Positions 40,264 to 49,765 of a stretch of DNA of 64,000 nucleotides are shown here, piece after piece. Numbering within the stretch: the stretch's first letter is position 1; every line of letters begins with the position of its first letter. A program made the translations under genes and the position numbers. The stretch is from an uncultured Ignavibacteria bacterium. GTDB lineage: Bacteria > Zixibacteria > MSB-5A5 > WJJR01 > JAJRUJ01. Where the stretch lies: the NCBI GenBank assembly GCA_964461835.1, contig CAYWVO010000002.1, positions 23,600-87,599 on the forward strand, given 5' to 3'. The notes below the pieces were generated by a model. It ran no database searches, had not been told where the DNA came from, and saw only the letters and a program-made list of their open reading frames with translations.

Positions 40264-41184
40264 ATGGAGTTGACCACGGTGCAGTATCCGCCAGTATGGC
40301 AGTCAGAAATTCCCGAGTATCCGCTGTTTGCCCGCGGCAAGGTCCGGGACGTCTACGACTTGGGAGACCAATTGCTGATTGTCACGTCCGACCGCTTGTC
40401 GGCCTTTGACGTAGTAATGGATGACCCCATTCCCGGCAAGGGCGAGGTCTTGACCCGCATGTCGGATTTCTGGTTCGGCTATACCGCCGATGTTGTCGAG
40501 AACCACCTGGTCAGCACCCAGGTTGATGATTTACCGCAGGAATTGCACCATCACCGACCGATGCTGGCGGGACGGATGATGCTGGTGCGCAAACTCAAGC
40601 GCATCGATATCGAATGTGTCGCCCGCGCCTATATCACCGGGTCGTTGTGGAAAGAATATCGTGCAGTGGTAGAAGAGACGAAGACCGACACGGTTTCACT
40701 GCTGGGCTTTGATTTTCCTACCGATTTGCAGCTTTCCCAGCGCCTGCCGAAAGTAATCTTTACCCCGGCCACCAAAGCAGTGGAAGGTCACGACGAGAAC
40801 ATCTCCTTCGAACAGATGGTCTCCATGGTCGGCGGTCCGCTGGCCGAACAAATGCGTACAGCGACAATCAATATTTTCAACAAGTGTGCAGCACACGCCG
40901 AATCCCGCGGCATTATCCTGGCCGATACCAAATTTGAATTTGGTTTGGACGGTGACAAGCTTGTCCTGATCGATGAAATTTGTTCGCCGGATTCGTCGCG
41001 GTTCTGGCCCAAAGATGAGTATCAGGTTGGCAAAACTCAGAAGAGTTTCGACAAACAGCCGGTTCGTGACTACCTTGAAAGCACCGGCTGGGATAAAACA
41101 CCGCCGCCACCAAAACTCCCACCGGAGGTGATCCAGGCGACCGCCGGGCGGTACGCCGAAGCACTGGCGAGATTAGTCGGTTGA
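40264..41184 (+). CDS. purC: phosphoribosylaminoimidazole-succinocarboxamide synthase
   Basis: SAICAR synthetase motifs (GKVRDVY, TSDRLSAFD). Long form, about 306 aa. Confidence 0.85.
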   Translation: MELTTVQYPPVWQSEIPEYPLFARGKVRDVYDLGDQLLIVTSDRLSAFDVVMDDPIPGKGEVLTRMSDFWFGYTADVVENHLVSTQVDDLPQELHHHRPMLAGRMMLVRKLKRIDIECVARAYITGSLWKEYRAVVEETKTDTVSLLGFDFPTDLQLSQRLPKVIFTPATKAVEGHDENISFEQMVSMVGGPLAEQMRTATINIFNKCAAHAESRGIILADTKFEFGLDGDKLVLIDEICSPDSSRFWPKDEYQVGKTQKSFDKQPVRDYLESTGWDKTPPPPKLPPEVIQATAGRYAEALARLVG

Positions 41185-41212
41185 TTAATACATTAATGAA
41201 GAGTGAAGAGAC

Positions 41213-42826
41213 ATGAATGACACTTCTGTGGAAGACGCGGTGAAAAAAGAGACTTCAAATTCCGTTGCTGTGCGCCGCGCGATTCTTTCGGTCAGTGATA
41301 AAAGCGGCCTGGTCAAACTTGCTCGCTTTCTGCATGAGCAGAACATCGAAATTCTGGCCACCGGCGGGACACTGAATTTTTTGAAAAGCCGAAAGATTCC
41401 GGCCATTTCGGTGGTCTCGGCCACCGGCTCGCCGGAAATCCTCAATGGCCGGGTAAAGACCCTGCATCCCAAAATTCACGGCGGGATTCTCTACCGGCGC
41501 GGCAATCAAGAACATGAAACACAACTCAGCGAGCAAGGAATCAAGGGAATCGATCTCGTGGTGATCAACCTCTATCCCTTTGAGAAAGTCACTGCCGATG
41601 GCACCTGCTCCGATCTCGATGCCGCCGAGAATATCGACATTGGCGGGCCGTCGATGATCCGTTCCGCGGCCAAAAACTGGGAATCCGTCGCGGTATTGAC
41701 TGATCCAGCCGATTACGATGAGTTCATTAATAAATATACCGTCAATGACGGGGTTATCGATGCGGCCAGCCGGAAAGCCTGGGCAGCCCGCGCTTTCGCC
41801 CGGACCGCGACCTATGATGCCGCCATCGCGAATTTCTGGGAACGACGAATCTCATCGACAAATGACGAACTACCGGAATTACGAATCTCCGGCTTTCGGC
41901 GAGTCAAAGAATTGCGCTATGGCGAGAATCCGCATCAGCGGGCCGCCATCTACCGGAAAATGGGACACATAGGGTTATCGCTGACCGATGCCGAAGTACT
42001 CAGCGGCAAGGCGCTTTCCTACAACAATTATGCCGACCTGGAATGTGCCCTTTCCATGGTTACCGATTTCAAAAATGAACCATTCGCTGTCGTAATCAAA
42101 CACGCAACACCCTGCGGCGCGGCGACGGCGGAAACACTGGCGGACGCGTATCAACAGGCACATGATACTGATCCCATGTCGGCGTTTGGTGGCATCGTGG
42201 GCTTAAACCGCCGGGTCGATCTGGCCACTGCGGAAAAGCTGGCCAAGACGTTCTTCCTGGAATGCGTGCTGGCTCCGGACTATGATGAGGATGCCCTGGC
42301 GCTGTTAAAAAAGAAAAAGCTTCGCCGTTTCCTGCGGTTACCGGGTATCGAACAGCCGCCACCTGCGGAAGATTGGACTTATCGAGTCCTTTCAGGAGCA
42401 CTTTTGGCCCAGTCTCCAGATACGCATGAAGTAACAGAATCAGCTTTGAAGGTCGTGACCGAACGCAAACCCGATCCAGGCCATATTGCATCATTGCTCT
42501 TCGGCCGCCAACTGGTCAAGCATGTCAAATCCAATGCGATCGCGCTGGTGCAAGGTACCGGAGCGGTTGGTATCGGTGGAGGCCAGACCTCGCGGGTTGA
42601 CGCGGTCAAGATCGCGATCGAAAAAGCCGGCGAGCGCGCCAAGGGATCGGTCTTGGCGTCCGATGCGTTTTTCCCGATGCCGGACAATATTGAGGTTGCT
42701 GCGGCTGCGGGGATTTCGGCAATAATCCAGCCCGGCGGGTCGAAGAAAGATGACGAGGTTATCGCCGCGTGTAACGATGCCGGAATTGCCATGGTGTTTA
42801 CCGGCATTCGGAACTTCCGGCATTAG
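41213..42826 (+). CDS. purH: bifunctional AICAR transformylase / IMP cyclohydrolase
   Basis: MGS-like N-terminal domain (RRAILSVSDKSGL...ATGGT) and an AICARFT domain. 537 aa. Confidence 0.9.
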   Translation: MNDTSVEDAVKKETSNSVAVRRAILSVSDKSGLVKLARFLHEQNIEILATGGTLNFLKSRKIPAISVVSATGSPEILNGRVKTLHPKIHGGILYRRGNQEHETQLSEQGIKGIDLVVINLYPFEKVTADGTCSDLDAAENIDIGGPSMIRSAAKNWESVAVLTDPADYDEFINKYTVNDGVIDAASRKAWAARAFARTATYDAAIANFWERRISSTNDELPELRISGFRRVKELRYGENPHQRAAIYRKMGHIGLSLTDAEVLSGKALSYNNYADLECALSMVTDFKNEPFAVVIKHATPCGAATAETLADAYQQAHDTDPMSAFGGIVGLNRRVDLATAEKLAKTFFLECVLAPDYDEDALALLKKKKLRRFLRLPGIEQPPPAEDWTYRVLSGALLAQSPDTHEVTESALKVVTERKPDPGHIASLLFGRQLVKHVKSNAIALVQGTGAVGIGGGQTSRVDAVKIAIEKAGERAKGSVLASDAFFPMPDNIEVAAAAGISAIIQPGGSKKDDEVIAACNDAGIAMVFTGIRNFRH

Positions 42827-44074
42827 TTGGTCGTGGAACAAATGATGGAAGAGAGCGTTACACACTCCCCCTTACAGGGGAAGCATATCCTCCTGGGGAT
42901 CACCGGGGGAATTGCGGCCTATAAGTCGGCCTACCTGACGCGTCTGTTGAAGAAAGAGGGCGCGGATGTCTGGGTGTGCATGACCGAGTCAGGGACTAAG
43001 TTCATCACGCCCTTGACGATGGAAAGTCTCTCTGAGCGGGAAGTGTTGTTGGAAATGTTTCCGGAGAAACGGGTGGTGGGGACCCGGCATATCAGCATCG
43101 CCGATTGGGCCGACCTGGTGATTATCGCTCCAGCTACGGCCAATACACTGGCGAGACTACGCGCCGGCATCGCCAATGACTTGTTGACCACAATAGTGAT
43201 TTCCACCACAGCGCCTATTTTCATTGCTCCGGCGATGAATACCAACATGTATCAGAATCCGGCAACGCAGGAAAACCTGGCGGTTCTGCAGCAGCGGGGC
43301 GTGCAGCTAATCGAACCGGGGTCCGGCGATCTGGCCTGCCGGACAGTCGGTGTCGGGCGCATGGCCGAGCCGGACGAAATTGTGGCGGTGGTACACCGGT
43401 ATGTTTCCGCCAGGCAGGACCTTGCGAACAAGAAAGTAGTGGTCACTGCCGGCCCAACGTACGAAGCTATTGATCCGGTGCGTTTCCTCGGCAATCGATC
43501 ATCCGGGAAAATGGGATACGCTCTTGCTCGCGAGGCGGCTACTCGCGGCGCCGAGGTGATACTCATCTCCGGCCCGACTGCCTTGTCGCCGCCGACGGGG
43601 GTCAGTGTGGAATGGGTCGAATCAACAGCCGAGATGAAAGCGGCGGTCGACCGCCATTACGCCGACAGTGATGTGGTCATTATGGCTGCGGCGGTCGCTG
43701 ATTACCGCCCAGCGCAGCAATCCGAACAGAAAATGAAAAGGTCGGCGTCTAATGTCTCACTCACTCTTTCGCCGACGGAAGACATCCTCGGCAGCCTCGC
43801 CGAACGGAAGACCAAACAACTCCTGGTCGGTTTCGCGCTGGAGACAGAAAATCTCATTGAGGCGGCACAGGCGAAGCTGAAAGAAAAAAGAGTTGATCTG
43901 ATTGTTGCCAATAATCCGCTGGTGGAGGGTGCGGCCTTTGGCTCGGATACGAATATAGCCGTTATTATTGACCGCGAAAACTCCCCAGAGGAAACCGGCA
44001 AAATTTCGAAAAGGGCGTTGTCGGCCAAAATCTGTGACCGTATTGTGACGCTGATGCAAAAAGGGAACGCGTAG
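42827..44074 (+). CDS. coaBC: bifunctional phosphopantothenoylcysteine decarboxylase / phosphopantothenate-cysteine ligase
   Basis: Flavoprotein N-terminal domain ([16 protein letters not shown]) plus a DFP C-terminal domain (VVTAGPT.E.IDPVRF..N.SSG). The exact start is ambiguous: TTG at 42827, GTG at 42833 or ATG at 42842/42845. Confidence 0.85.
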   Translation: MVVEQMMEESVTHSPLQGKHILLGITGGIAAYKSAYLTRLLKKEGADVWVCMTESGTKFITPLTMESLSEREVLLEMFPEKRVVGTRHISIADWADLVIIAPATANTLARLRAGIANDLLTTIVISTTAPIFIAPAMNTNMYQNPATQENLAVLQQRGVQLIEPGSGDLACRTVGVGRMAEPDEIVAVVHRYVSARQDLANKKVVVTAGPTYEAIDPVRFLGNRSSGKMGYALAREAATRGAEVILISGPTALSPPTGVSVEWVESTAEMKAAVDRHYADSDVVIMAAAVADYRPAQQSEQKMKRSASNVSLTLSPTEDILGSLAERKTKQLLVGFALETENLIEAAQAKLKEKRVDLIVANNPLVEGAAFGSDTNIAVIIDRENSPEETGKISKRALSAKICDRIVTLMQKGNA

Positions 44075-44086
44075 AGGATCGGTTTC

Positions 44087-44794
44087 GTGACCAGAAAATC
44101 AGGGGATGTCAGTACAATTCTGGAATTAACCCGGCGCGCATTAGGCCAGCGGGTCGAAACTGAACCGGAGCTGGGCTTATTTGATGTGGAAGCGCCGAAA
44201 TTGAAATCCGCCGGTGCTGAATACCCTAATCTGGCCAGTTTCGAACAAGCGATCTGTGAATGCCGGAAATGCCCGCTGGGAAAAAGCCGGACGAAATTCG
44301 TTTTCGGCGTCGGCAATCCACACGCGGATGTGATGTTTATCGGGGAGGCGCCGGGACGCGACGAAGATTTGCAGGGTGAGCCGTTTGTCGGTCGAGCCGG
44401 GCAACTGCTGGACAAAATCCTTGCCGCAATCCATTTCAAGCGGTCCGATGTATATATCGCCAATATTCTGAAATGCCGCCCGCCGCAAAACCGTGATCCA
44501 TTGCCGGACGAGGCGGAGGCCTGTCTGCCATATCTGCTGCAACAGATCAAAATGATTGAACCGAAAATTATCTGTTGTCTGGGACGAGTGGCGGCACAGA
44601 TACTGCTGGATACCAAACAGCCCCTGGGAAAAATGCGCGGCACCTTCATGGATTTTTATGGTATGAAATTGATGGTAACCTATCATCCCGCGGCATTGTT
44701 GCGGTTTTCTGCTTACAAGGCCGAGACATGGGAAGACGTGAAACGCCTGCGCAGAGAATATGACCACTTGATGGGCCAACCGCCGAAAGTGTAG
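44087..44794 (+). CDS. uracil-DNA glycosylase, family 4
   Basis: Family-4 UDG motifs: CxxC (CRKCPLG), GEAPG ([11 protein letters not shown]) and a C-terminal H motif. Confidence 0.8.
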   Translation: MTRKSGDVSTILELTRRALGQRVETEPELGLFDVEAPKLKSAGAEYPNLASFEQAICECRKCPLGKSRTKFVFGVGNPHADVMFIGEAPGRDEDLQGEPFVGRAGQLLDKILAAIHFKRSDVYIANILKCRPPQNRDPLPDEAEACLPYLLQQIKMIEPKIICCLGRVAAQILLDTKQPLGKMRGTFMDFYGMKLMVTYHPAALLRFSAYKAETWEDVKRLRREYDHLMGQPPKV

Positions 44795-44803
44795 GGGGAT
44801 TTG

Positions 44804-45883
44804 ATGGAGTATGCTGTGATCATGGCCGGTGGCCGCGGCGAACGGTTCTGGCCGATGTCGCGCCGTTCCCGGCCTAAACAACTCCTGCCGATTATCTCCG
44901 ATAAAACCATGCTGGAGGAAACGATCCAGCGCATTCTGCCGCTGATTCCGCAGGACCGGGTATATATCGTGACCGACAAGGAACTCCAAGACCCGATTTT
45001 GGAACGGGTTCCGCTCTTGGATGCAGAAAATATTATTGCGGAACCGTACGGCAAAAATACGTGTCTTGCCATCGGACTGGCAGCTGTGGAACTTCATCAG
45101 CGCGATCCGGACGCGGTCATGGTAGTTTTGTCTTCAGATCATTTGGTTATCCCGCCAGAGAAACTGCTCGATATTCTCCGCGAGGCAATCCGCATTGCCC
45201 GCGACAGCGAGACCTTAGTCACCATCGGCGTGACCCCCACCCGGCCGGAGACCGGCTACGGATACATTGAAATCGGGGAACAGTTTGCGGCAGAGGAGGG
45301 AATCCTCTCTTACCAGGTTGCCGCGTTTCGGGAAAAGCCGGACCAGATTACTGCCCAATTGTACTATCGCGACCAAATGCACCTATGGAATTCCGGGATG
45401 TTTGTCTGGTCGGCAAAGACAATTCTCAAATCGATCGGCGCCTGCCGTCCGAAGATGAAAACCGCGCTCGATGATTACGCCGAACGGATCAATCAACCGG
45501 ATCAGCAGGAGGCCCTGGCCAACTTATACCAGGAAGCCGAGAATGTCTCCATCGATGTGGCGGTGCTGGAGTCGGCGGATAATGTCGTCGTCATCAAGGG
45601 GGACCTTAAGTGGGACGACGTGGGCTCCTGGTTGGCGTTGCAGCGGATCCGTAAGACCTCCATCAGCGGTAATGTAGAAATCGGTGAAGTTTTGACGCAT
45701 GAGTCGTTCGAGACTACGGTGGTCAATGATAGTGACGGGATTGTCGTGTGTTTTGGGGTCTCGGATCTTGTCGTCGTTAAAACCGACGGGATCGTGATGG
45801 TCGGTCATAAAGCCCGCATGCCGGAATTGAAGAAACTTCTGGGACGATTGGAAGAAGATGAACGCCTGCGCAAATTCCTCTAA
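44804..45883 (+). CDS. manC: mannose-1-phosphate guanylyltransferase (GDP-mannose pyrophosphorylase)
   Basis: Nucleotidyltransferase motif VIMAGGRGERFWPMSR...KQ. About 360 aa, with no PMI domain. Confidence 0.8.
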   Translation: MEYAVIMAGGRGERFWPMSRRSRPKQLLPIISDKTMLEETIQRILPLIPQDRVYIVTDKELQDPILERVPLLDAENIIAEPYGKNTCLAIGLAAVELHQRDPDAVMVVLSSDHLVIPPEKLLDILREAIRIARDSETLVTIGVTPTRPETGYGYIEIGEQFAAEEGILSYQVAAFREKPDQITAQLYYRDQMHLWNSGMFVWSAKTILKSIGACRPKMKTALDDYAERINQPDQQEALANLYQEAENVSIDVAVLESADNVVVIKGDLKWDDVGSWLALQRIRKTSISGNVEIGEVLTHESFETTVVNDSDGIVVCFGVSDLVVVKTDGIVMVGHKARMPELKKLLGRLEEDERLRKFL

Positions 45884-46382
45884 ACACCGCATCGCCGTTC
45901 TGTTGTTATTGGTCGCCATCGGTTGGACCGTTACGTCGTGCGGCATTCAATTCCGCGGGCGCGCCCCGCGAACTGCGCCGGAGGAGGAAGAGACGGTTGA
46001 CCGTACCGATCCCTTTGCTGACCCTGGTGATAAAATAATTGCCACGGCAGTGGATATCGGGTTGACCGATTATTCGAGCGCCGCCTATGATTCGCTGTCG
46101 GGAGATTTTTCCCGGTACCCCGGCCCAAAGGAGACCGTGGTCACCGGATACGACGTACAGTATTTCGCGACGTTGAACATTCTGGAGGCCCGGGAAGTCA
46201 AACGGCAAACTGATACTCTGACCACCATGCCGGTCCGAATTATCTTCGAAGAGCCATACTACAAGCTCATTGCCGGCCCGTATCAGCGCCTGGCCGAAGC
46301 GGAGCGGTTTCTCCAGCAGGTCATACAGATAGGCTATTCCAGCGCCTGGATTATCTCACACCGAGAAGAAACCGGAGAATGA
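45858..46382 (+). CDS. SPOR-domain lipoprotein
   Basis: Lipobox (LLLVAIGWTVTSCG) and a C-terminal SPOR domain (YKLIAGPYQRLAEAERFLQQVIQIGYSSAWII). Confidence 0.6.
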   Translation: MNACANSSKHRIAVLLLLVAIGWTVTSCGIQFRGRAPRTAPEEEETVDRTDPFADPGDKIIATAVDIGLTDYSSAAYDSLSGDFSRYPGPKETVVTGYDVQYFATLNILEAREVKRQTDTLTTMPVRIIFEEPYYKLIAGPYQRLAEAERFLQQVIQIGYSSAWIISHREETGE

Positions 46383-46385
46383 CCT

Positions 46386-47045
46386 ATGGCCGTACGCCGA
46401 CTGCAGTTCACCAGAAAGAACCCGGAAGCTGACGTTGTCGATCAGGTCGCGGAGCATGTGCTGACCGGTGGTATGGCAGTCGTTCCCACCGATACGGTAT
46501 ACGGCATCATCGGTGACGCCACCGCGAAACCGGTGGCCGAGGCGATTTGCGCCCTGAAAAATCGGCCGGGGGAGGAGGCACTGCCGGTGTTTGTCGATCA
46601 CGCCAGCTCGTTGGTTCGCTGGCATATTAAACTGCCGGACAAATACCTGCCGGTAACCGAAGCGTTCTGGCCGGGGCCGCTGACGTTAATTTTGCCATCC
46701 TTGCCGGATTTTTACCTGGCGGTCGGGGGTGACGGTAAATCGGTCGGCGTACGCGAAACCGCCGAATCGATTGTCTATAAAGTGATGCGGAAGACGAATC
46801 GGTACTTGTTTGCGACGTCAGCAAATCCGTCAAATGAAGATCCAAAGACCGTAAATTACAAGTCCTGGCTGGAATCGGCGACCAAGGCTACGGTTATCTG
46901 GTGTGAGCCAAATAATGAATATCAGCCGCAAGACGTTTCAACTGTCCTCAATTTGACGGGCCGTACGCCGACGATTAAACGGCAGGGTGCCATTTCTGTT
47001 CAACAACTGCAAAAAATCATACCCAATCTCAAGGTTCCTGAGTAA
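46386..47045 (+). CDS. tsaC: L-threonylcarbamoyladenylate synthase (YrdC/TsaC family)
   Basis: YrdC fold motifs (GG.AVVPTDTVYGI...K.RP). 219 aa. Confidence 0.8.
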   Translation: MAVRRLQFTRKNPEADVVDQVAEHVLTGGMAVVPTDTVYGIIGDATAKPVAEAICALKNRPGEEALPVFVDHASSLVRWHIKLPDKYLPVTEAFWPGPLTLILPSLPDFYLAVGGDGKSVGVRETAESIVYKVMRKTNRYLFATSANPSNEDPKTVNYKSWLESATKATVIWCEPNNEYQPQDVSTVLNLTGRTPTIKRQGAISVQQLQKIIPNLKVPE

Positions 47046-47110
47046 AAAGGTATTGCCCACGTTCCGGGCGCGGGAGATATTACAGGCCACTCGAAGGGGA
47101 CCGGTAACTG

Positions 47111-47620
47111 ATGTCTGGGAAACCGTTTCGCGTATTAATCCTTTGTTCCGGCAATACCTGTCGTTCACCAATGGCGGAAGGTATCCTGAAAAAGGCATTG
47201 CAGGACCGGGGGGTTGATGGCGTCGAGGTTCGCTCGGCGGGAACGCTGGGATTACACGATCAACCGGCGACGGCGACGGCTGTGGAAGTTGCCCGTTCTC
47301 ACGGGGTCGATATCGCTGAGCACCGTTCGGCGGCTTTCACGCCGGAGATGGGGAGGCAGTTTGATTTGATCCTGGCGCTGGCCGACGAACATTTTGAACT
47401 GGCGCTGGCGATGGGCGTGCCGGCGGAAAAAGTATATATGCTGAAGACCTACCCGCGCCGAACCAGAGACCGGCGAAGCGCATCGGTTCGAGACCCCATC
47501 GGCGGCAGCAAGGATTTGTATGAAGACGTTTTTCTGGAGATGGACGACGCCATACAACGAAGTATTGGAGAACTCATCCGCCAGGCAGGCCAGAACTCAG
47601 GAGCCGAAGATGAAACGTGA
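47111..47620 (+). CDS. low-molecular-weight protein-tyrosine phosphatase
   Basis: CX5R P-loop at the N-terminus (VLILCSGNTCRSPMAEG) and a DPIGG-like Asp loop (VRDPIGG). Confidence 0.8.
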   Translation: MSGKPFRVLILCSGNTCRSPMAEGILKKALQDRGVDGVEVRSAGTLGLHDQPATATAVEVARSHGVDIAEHRSAAFTPEMGRQFDLILALADEHFELALAMGVPAEKVYMLKTYPRRTRDRRSASVRDPIGGSKDLYEDVFLEMDDAIQRSIGELIRQAGQNSGAEDET

Positions 47621-47644
47621 CCGGCGGGTGACGGTGAGTGACGT

Positions 47645-48541
47645 ATGATCGGAAATGGATCCGTGCAATTGCAGGAATCGGGCCACCGACATCGCACGCT
47701 CCTACCGGCGGTAGTATTGGTATATTGTCTGCTGAATTTGAGTAGCCGTGTCGCACTGGGCGATTCATTTCCGGCAATCGATCCGACCGTTGATTCCCTC
47801 CTGCGACCATATACCATGGTAGATACCGGAGATACATTCCCACCGTACGAATACCGGCCGATCACCAATGTAGCGTTCGGTGTTGGAGAAACACTCAAAT
47901 TTGCCCTGGGCTGGGAAAAAATTGTGGCCGGACACGCTACCGTTACAATTCCCGAAGTGACAGAATATCGGGGCCGTCCTTGTTTCCGTATTCGCACCAC
48001 GGCGCGCTCCACGCGGTTCTTTTCGACGTTCTTTCGGGTCGAAGATTGGGCGGAGTCACTTATTGACGCTCAACAGATTTACCCTCTTCACTTCGAGAAA
48101 CACATTAAAGAAGGGGGATACAACTCGGATCGGATAGCAGATTTCTATCCCGAATACGGTCTGGCCACCACGCAGCATGATACAGTCCGAATTCCGCCGT
48201 ATGTGCAGGATGCACTTTCCCTGCTTTTCTACACCCGCACGCAGCCACTCAAGGTCGGCGACACGGTGTTTGTCGACAACTTCTCCAAGAATAAATCATA
48301 CCCGCTCGAAGTGCGGGTGATCCGTCGCGAGCGTGTGCAGGTTAAGGCAGGAGAATTTAGTACCATCGTCGTGGAACCGTTGCTGCAAGCAGCGGGTTTG
48401 TTTAAACACCAGGGGAAATTGACGGTCTGGCTGACGGATGATCGTTTGAAAATGCCGGTGTTAATGAAAAGTAAGGTCATCGTCGGCTCGATTGTCGCGG
48501 AACTGGAAGACTACCGTTTGGGACGGCTTGTCCGCTATTAG
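47645..48541 (+). CDS. DUF3108-domain protein
   Basis: N-terminal hydrophobic segment and a DUF3108-like beta-rich domain (GEFSTIVVEP...KLTVWLTDD). About 298 aa. Confidence 0.55.
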   Translation: MIGNGSVQLQESGHRHRTLLPAVVLVYCLLNLSSRVALGDSFPAIDPTVDSLLRPYTMVDTGDTFPPYEYRPITNVAFGVGETLKFALGWEKIVAGHATVTIPEVTEYRGRPCFRIRTTARSTRFFSTFFRVEDWAESLIDAQQIYPLHFEKHIKEGGYNSDRIADFYPEYGLATTQHDTVRIPPYVQDALSLLFYTRTQPLKVGDTVFVDNFSKNKSYPLEVRVIRRERVQVKAGEFSTIVVEPLLQAAGLFKHQGKLTVWLTDDRLKMPVLMKSKVIVGSIVAELEDYRLGRLVRY

Positions 48542-48542
48542 T

Positions 48543-49493
48543 ATGGCACGATATCGCCCGGTTGATTTACGCAAGGTGAAGACCATTCCGGTGCAACGCC
48601 GGGGTGGCGCCTACCGGCGCGAGCAATTTGCCCGTCCCCCAAAAGCCCGCGACAACGTTGGCCGGTTTTTTGCCGGCCTGCCGGATATCCTCAAAGGCCG
48701 GGAATGGCAGCAGTTAATCGAACAAATCGCTCGTGCGTATAAACGCGACAAACCGATTATCTGGCTCCTTGGCGCACATGTGATAAAGTGTGGTCTGTCG
48801 CCGGTGGTCATTGATCTGATGAAGCATGGTGTGGTCGGCGCTCTTTGTATGCACGGCGCCGGCGCTATTCATGACCTGGAAGTTGCACATTTGGGGAGTA
48901 CGTCCGAAGATGTCCTCACCAATCTGCATGACGGCACCTTTGGTATGGCCCGTGAGACGGCTGCCTGGTTTGCCGAGGGTATCGAATGTGCGCGTGAAAA
49001 ATCCTGCGGATTGGGAGCGGGCTTTGGTCATTCCCTGTCGCGTCGGGGAATTCCTCATCGCCGCTATTCTCTGTTCTATAATGCGCTGAAACTGGATATT
49101 CCGGCTACAGTCCATGTCGCTATCGGGGCGGATATTGTGGCACAGCATCCCAATTTCGACGCCGCAACGGTAGGGGAGACCAGCCATCGTGATTTCAAGC
49201 TGTTGTGCGGTGTCGCCCGGAAACTCCACCGTGGTGGTGTGGTCATTCTGTTCGGTTCAGCAGTCGTCCTCCCGGAGATTTTCCTCAAGGCCTTGGCGGT
49301 TGCCCGAAATCTGGGGAGAGTGGATAATTTCTCCACCGCCAACTTCGATATGATTCAACACTACCGTCCGCTGCAGAACGTGGTCCGGCGGCCCACGGCG
49401 AAGTCCGGTCACGGATTCACCTTTACCGGACATCACGAGATAATGCTGCCGTTGCTGGCCGCAGCAATTAAACATCGTTTGCGATTGAAATGA
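48543..49493 (+). CDS. hypothetical protein (possibly deoxyhypusine-synthase-like fold)
   Basis: 316 aa. Start at MARYRP follows the stop of the previous gene. It has a KPIIWLLGAHVIKCGL motif, but no confident family assignment without a search. Confidence 0.35.
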   Translation: MARYRPVDLRKVKTIPVQRRGGAYRREQFARPPKARDNVGRFFAGLPDILKGREWQQLIEQIARAYKRDKPIIWLLGAHVIKCGLSPVVIDLMKHGVVGALCMHGAGAIHDLEVAHLGSTSEDVLTNLHDGTFGMARETAAWFAEGIECAREKSCGLGAGFGHSLSRRGIPHRRYSLFYNALKLDIPATVHVAIGADIVAQHPNFDAATVGETSHRDFKLLCGVARKLHRGGVVILFGSAVVLPEIFLKALAVARNLGRVDNFSTANFDMIQHYRPLQNVVRRPTAKSGHGFTFTGHHEIMLPLLAAAIKHRLRLK

Positions 49494-49524
49494 GTGCGTG
49501 GGAGATTCTCTGTTGCCGCAGTGT

Positions 49525-49695
49525 TCACTTTCGGCTGAAAATCACCCCGACTCCCAATGCAATCAACACCACCGGCCAGTACCGCCAGAGGGTGTCTGTT
49601 TCCATGCCCAAATGATCGAGCAGAAGAACCACGCCAAAAAAGATAAATAATGTTCCAATCAAGATCGAAAACCAGCGTGAACCTGCACGCGCCAT
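49525..49695 (-). CDS. small two-TM membrane protein, LiaF-TM/DUF5668-like (56 aa)
   Basis: Not in the ORF track because it is under 60 aa and lies in a different frame from track ORF 49433..49711. Translation: MARAGSRWFSILIGTLFIFFGVVLLLDHLGMETDTLWRYWPVVLIALGVGVIFSRK. GGAGGG RBS 5 nt upstream. Two clean hydrophobic helices. Confidence 0.4.
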   Translation of the reverse strand: MARAGSRWFSILIGTLFIFFGVVLLLDHLGMETDTLWRYWPVVLIALGVGVIFSRK

Positions 49696-49765
49696 ACCAC
49701 CCTCCGTTCACGTATCTCTATGAATCGGCAGTCTCATCCCAAGAGTCAAACAGAAAATTCAGCAA

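Noticed and set aside
43702-45097. Long minus-strand ORFs (315 aa and 306 aa) antisense to coaBC/udg/manC
   Set aside because: Shadow ORFs opposite well-supported plus-strand genes. Arg/Ser-rich with no RBS or domain.
49433-49711. ORF-track 92-aa minus-strand ORF (MNGGWYGACRF...)
   Set aside because: The translation is low-complexity and has an atypical composition. A different frame on the same strand gives a textbook two-TM small protein with an RBS, so that frame was preferred (feature 49525..49695).
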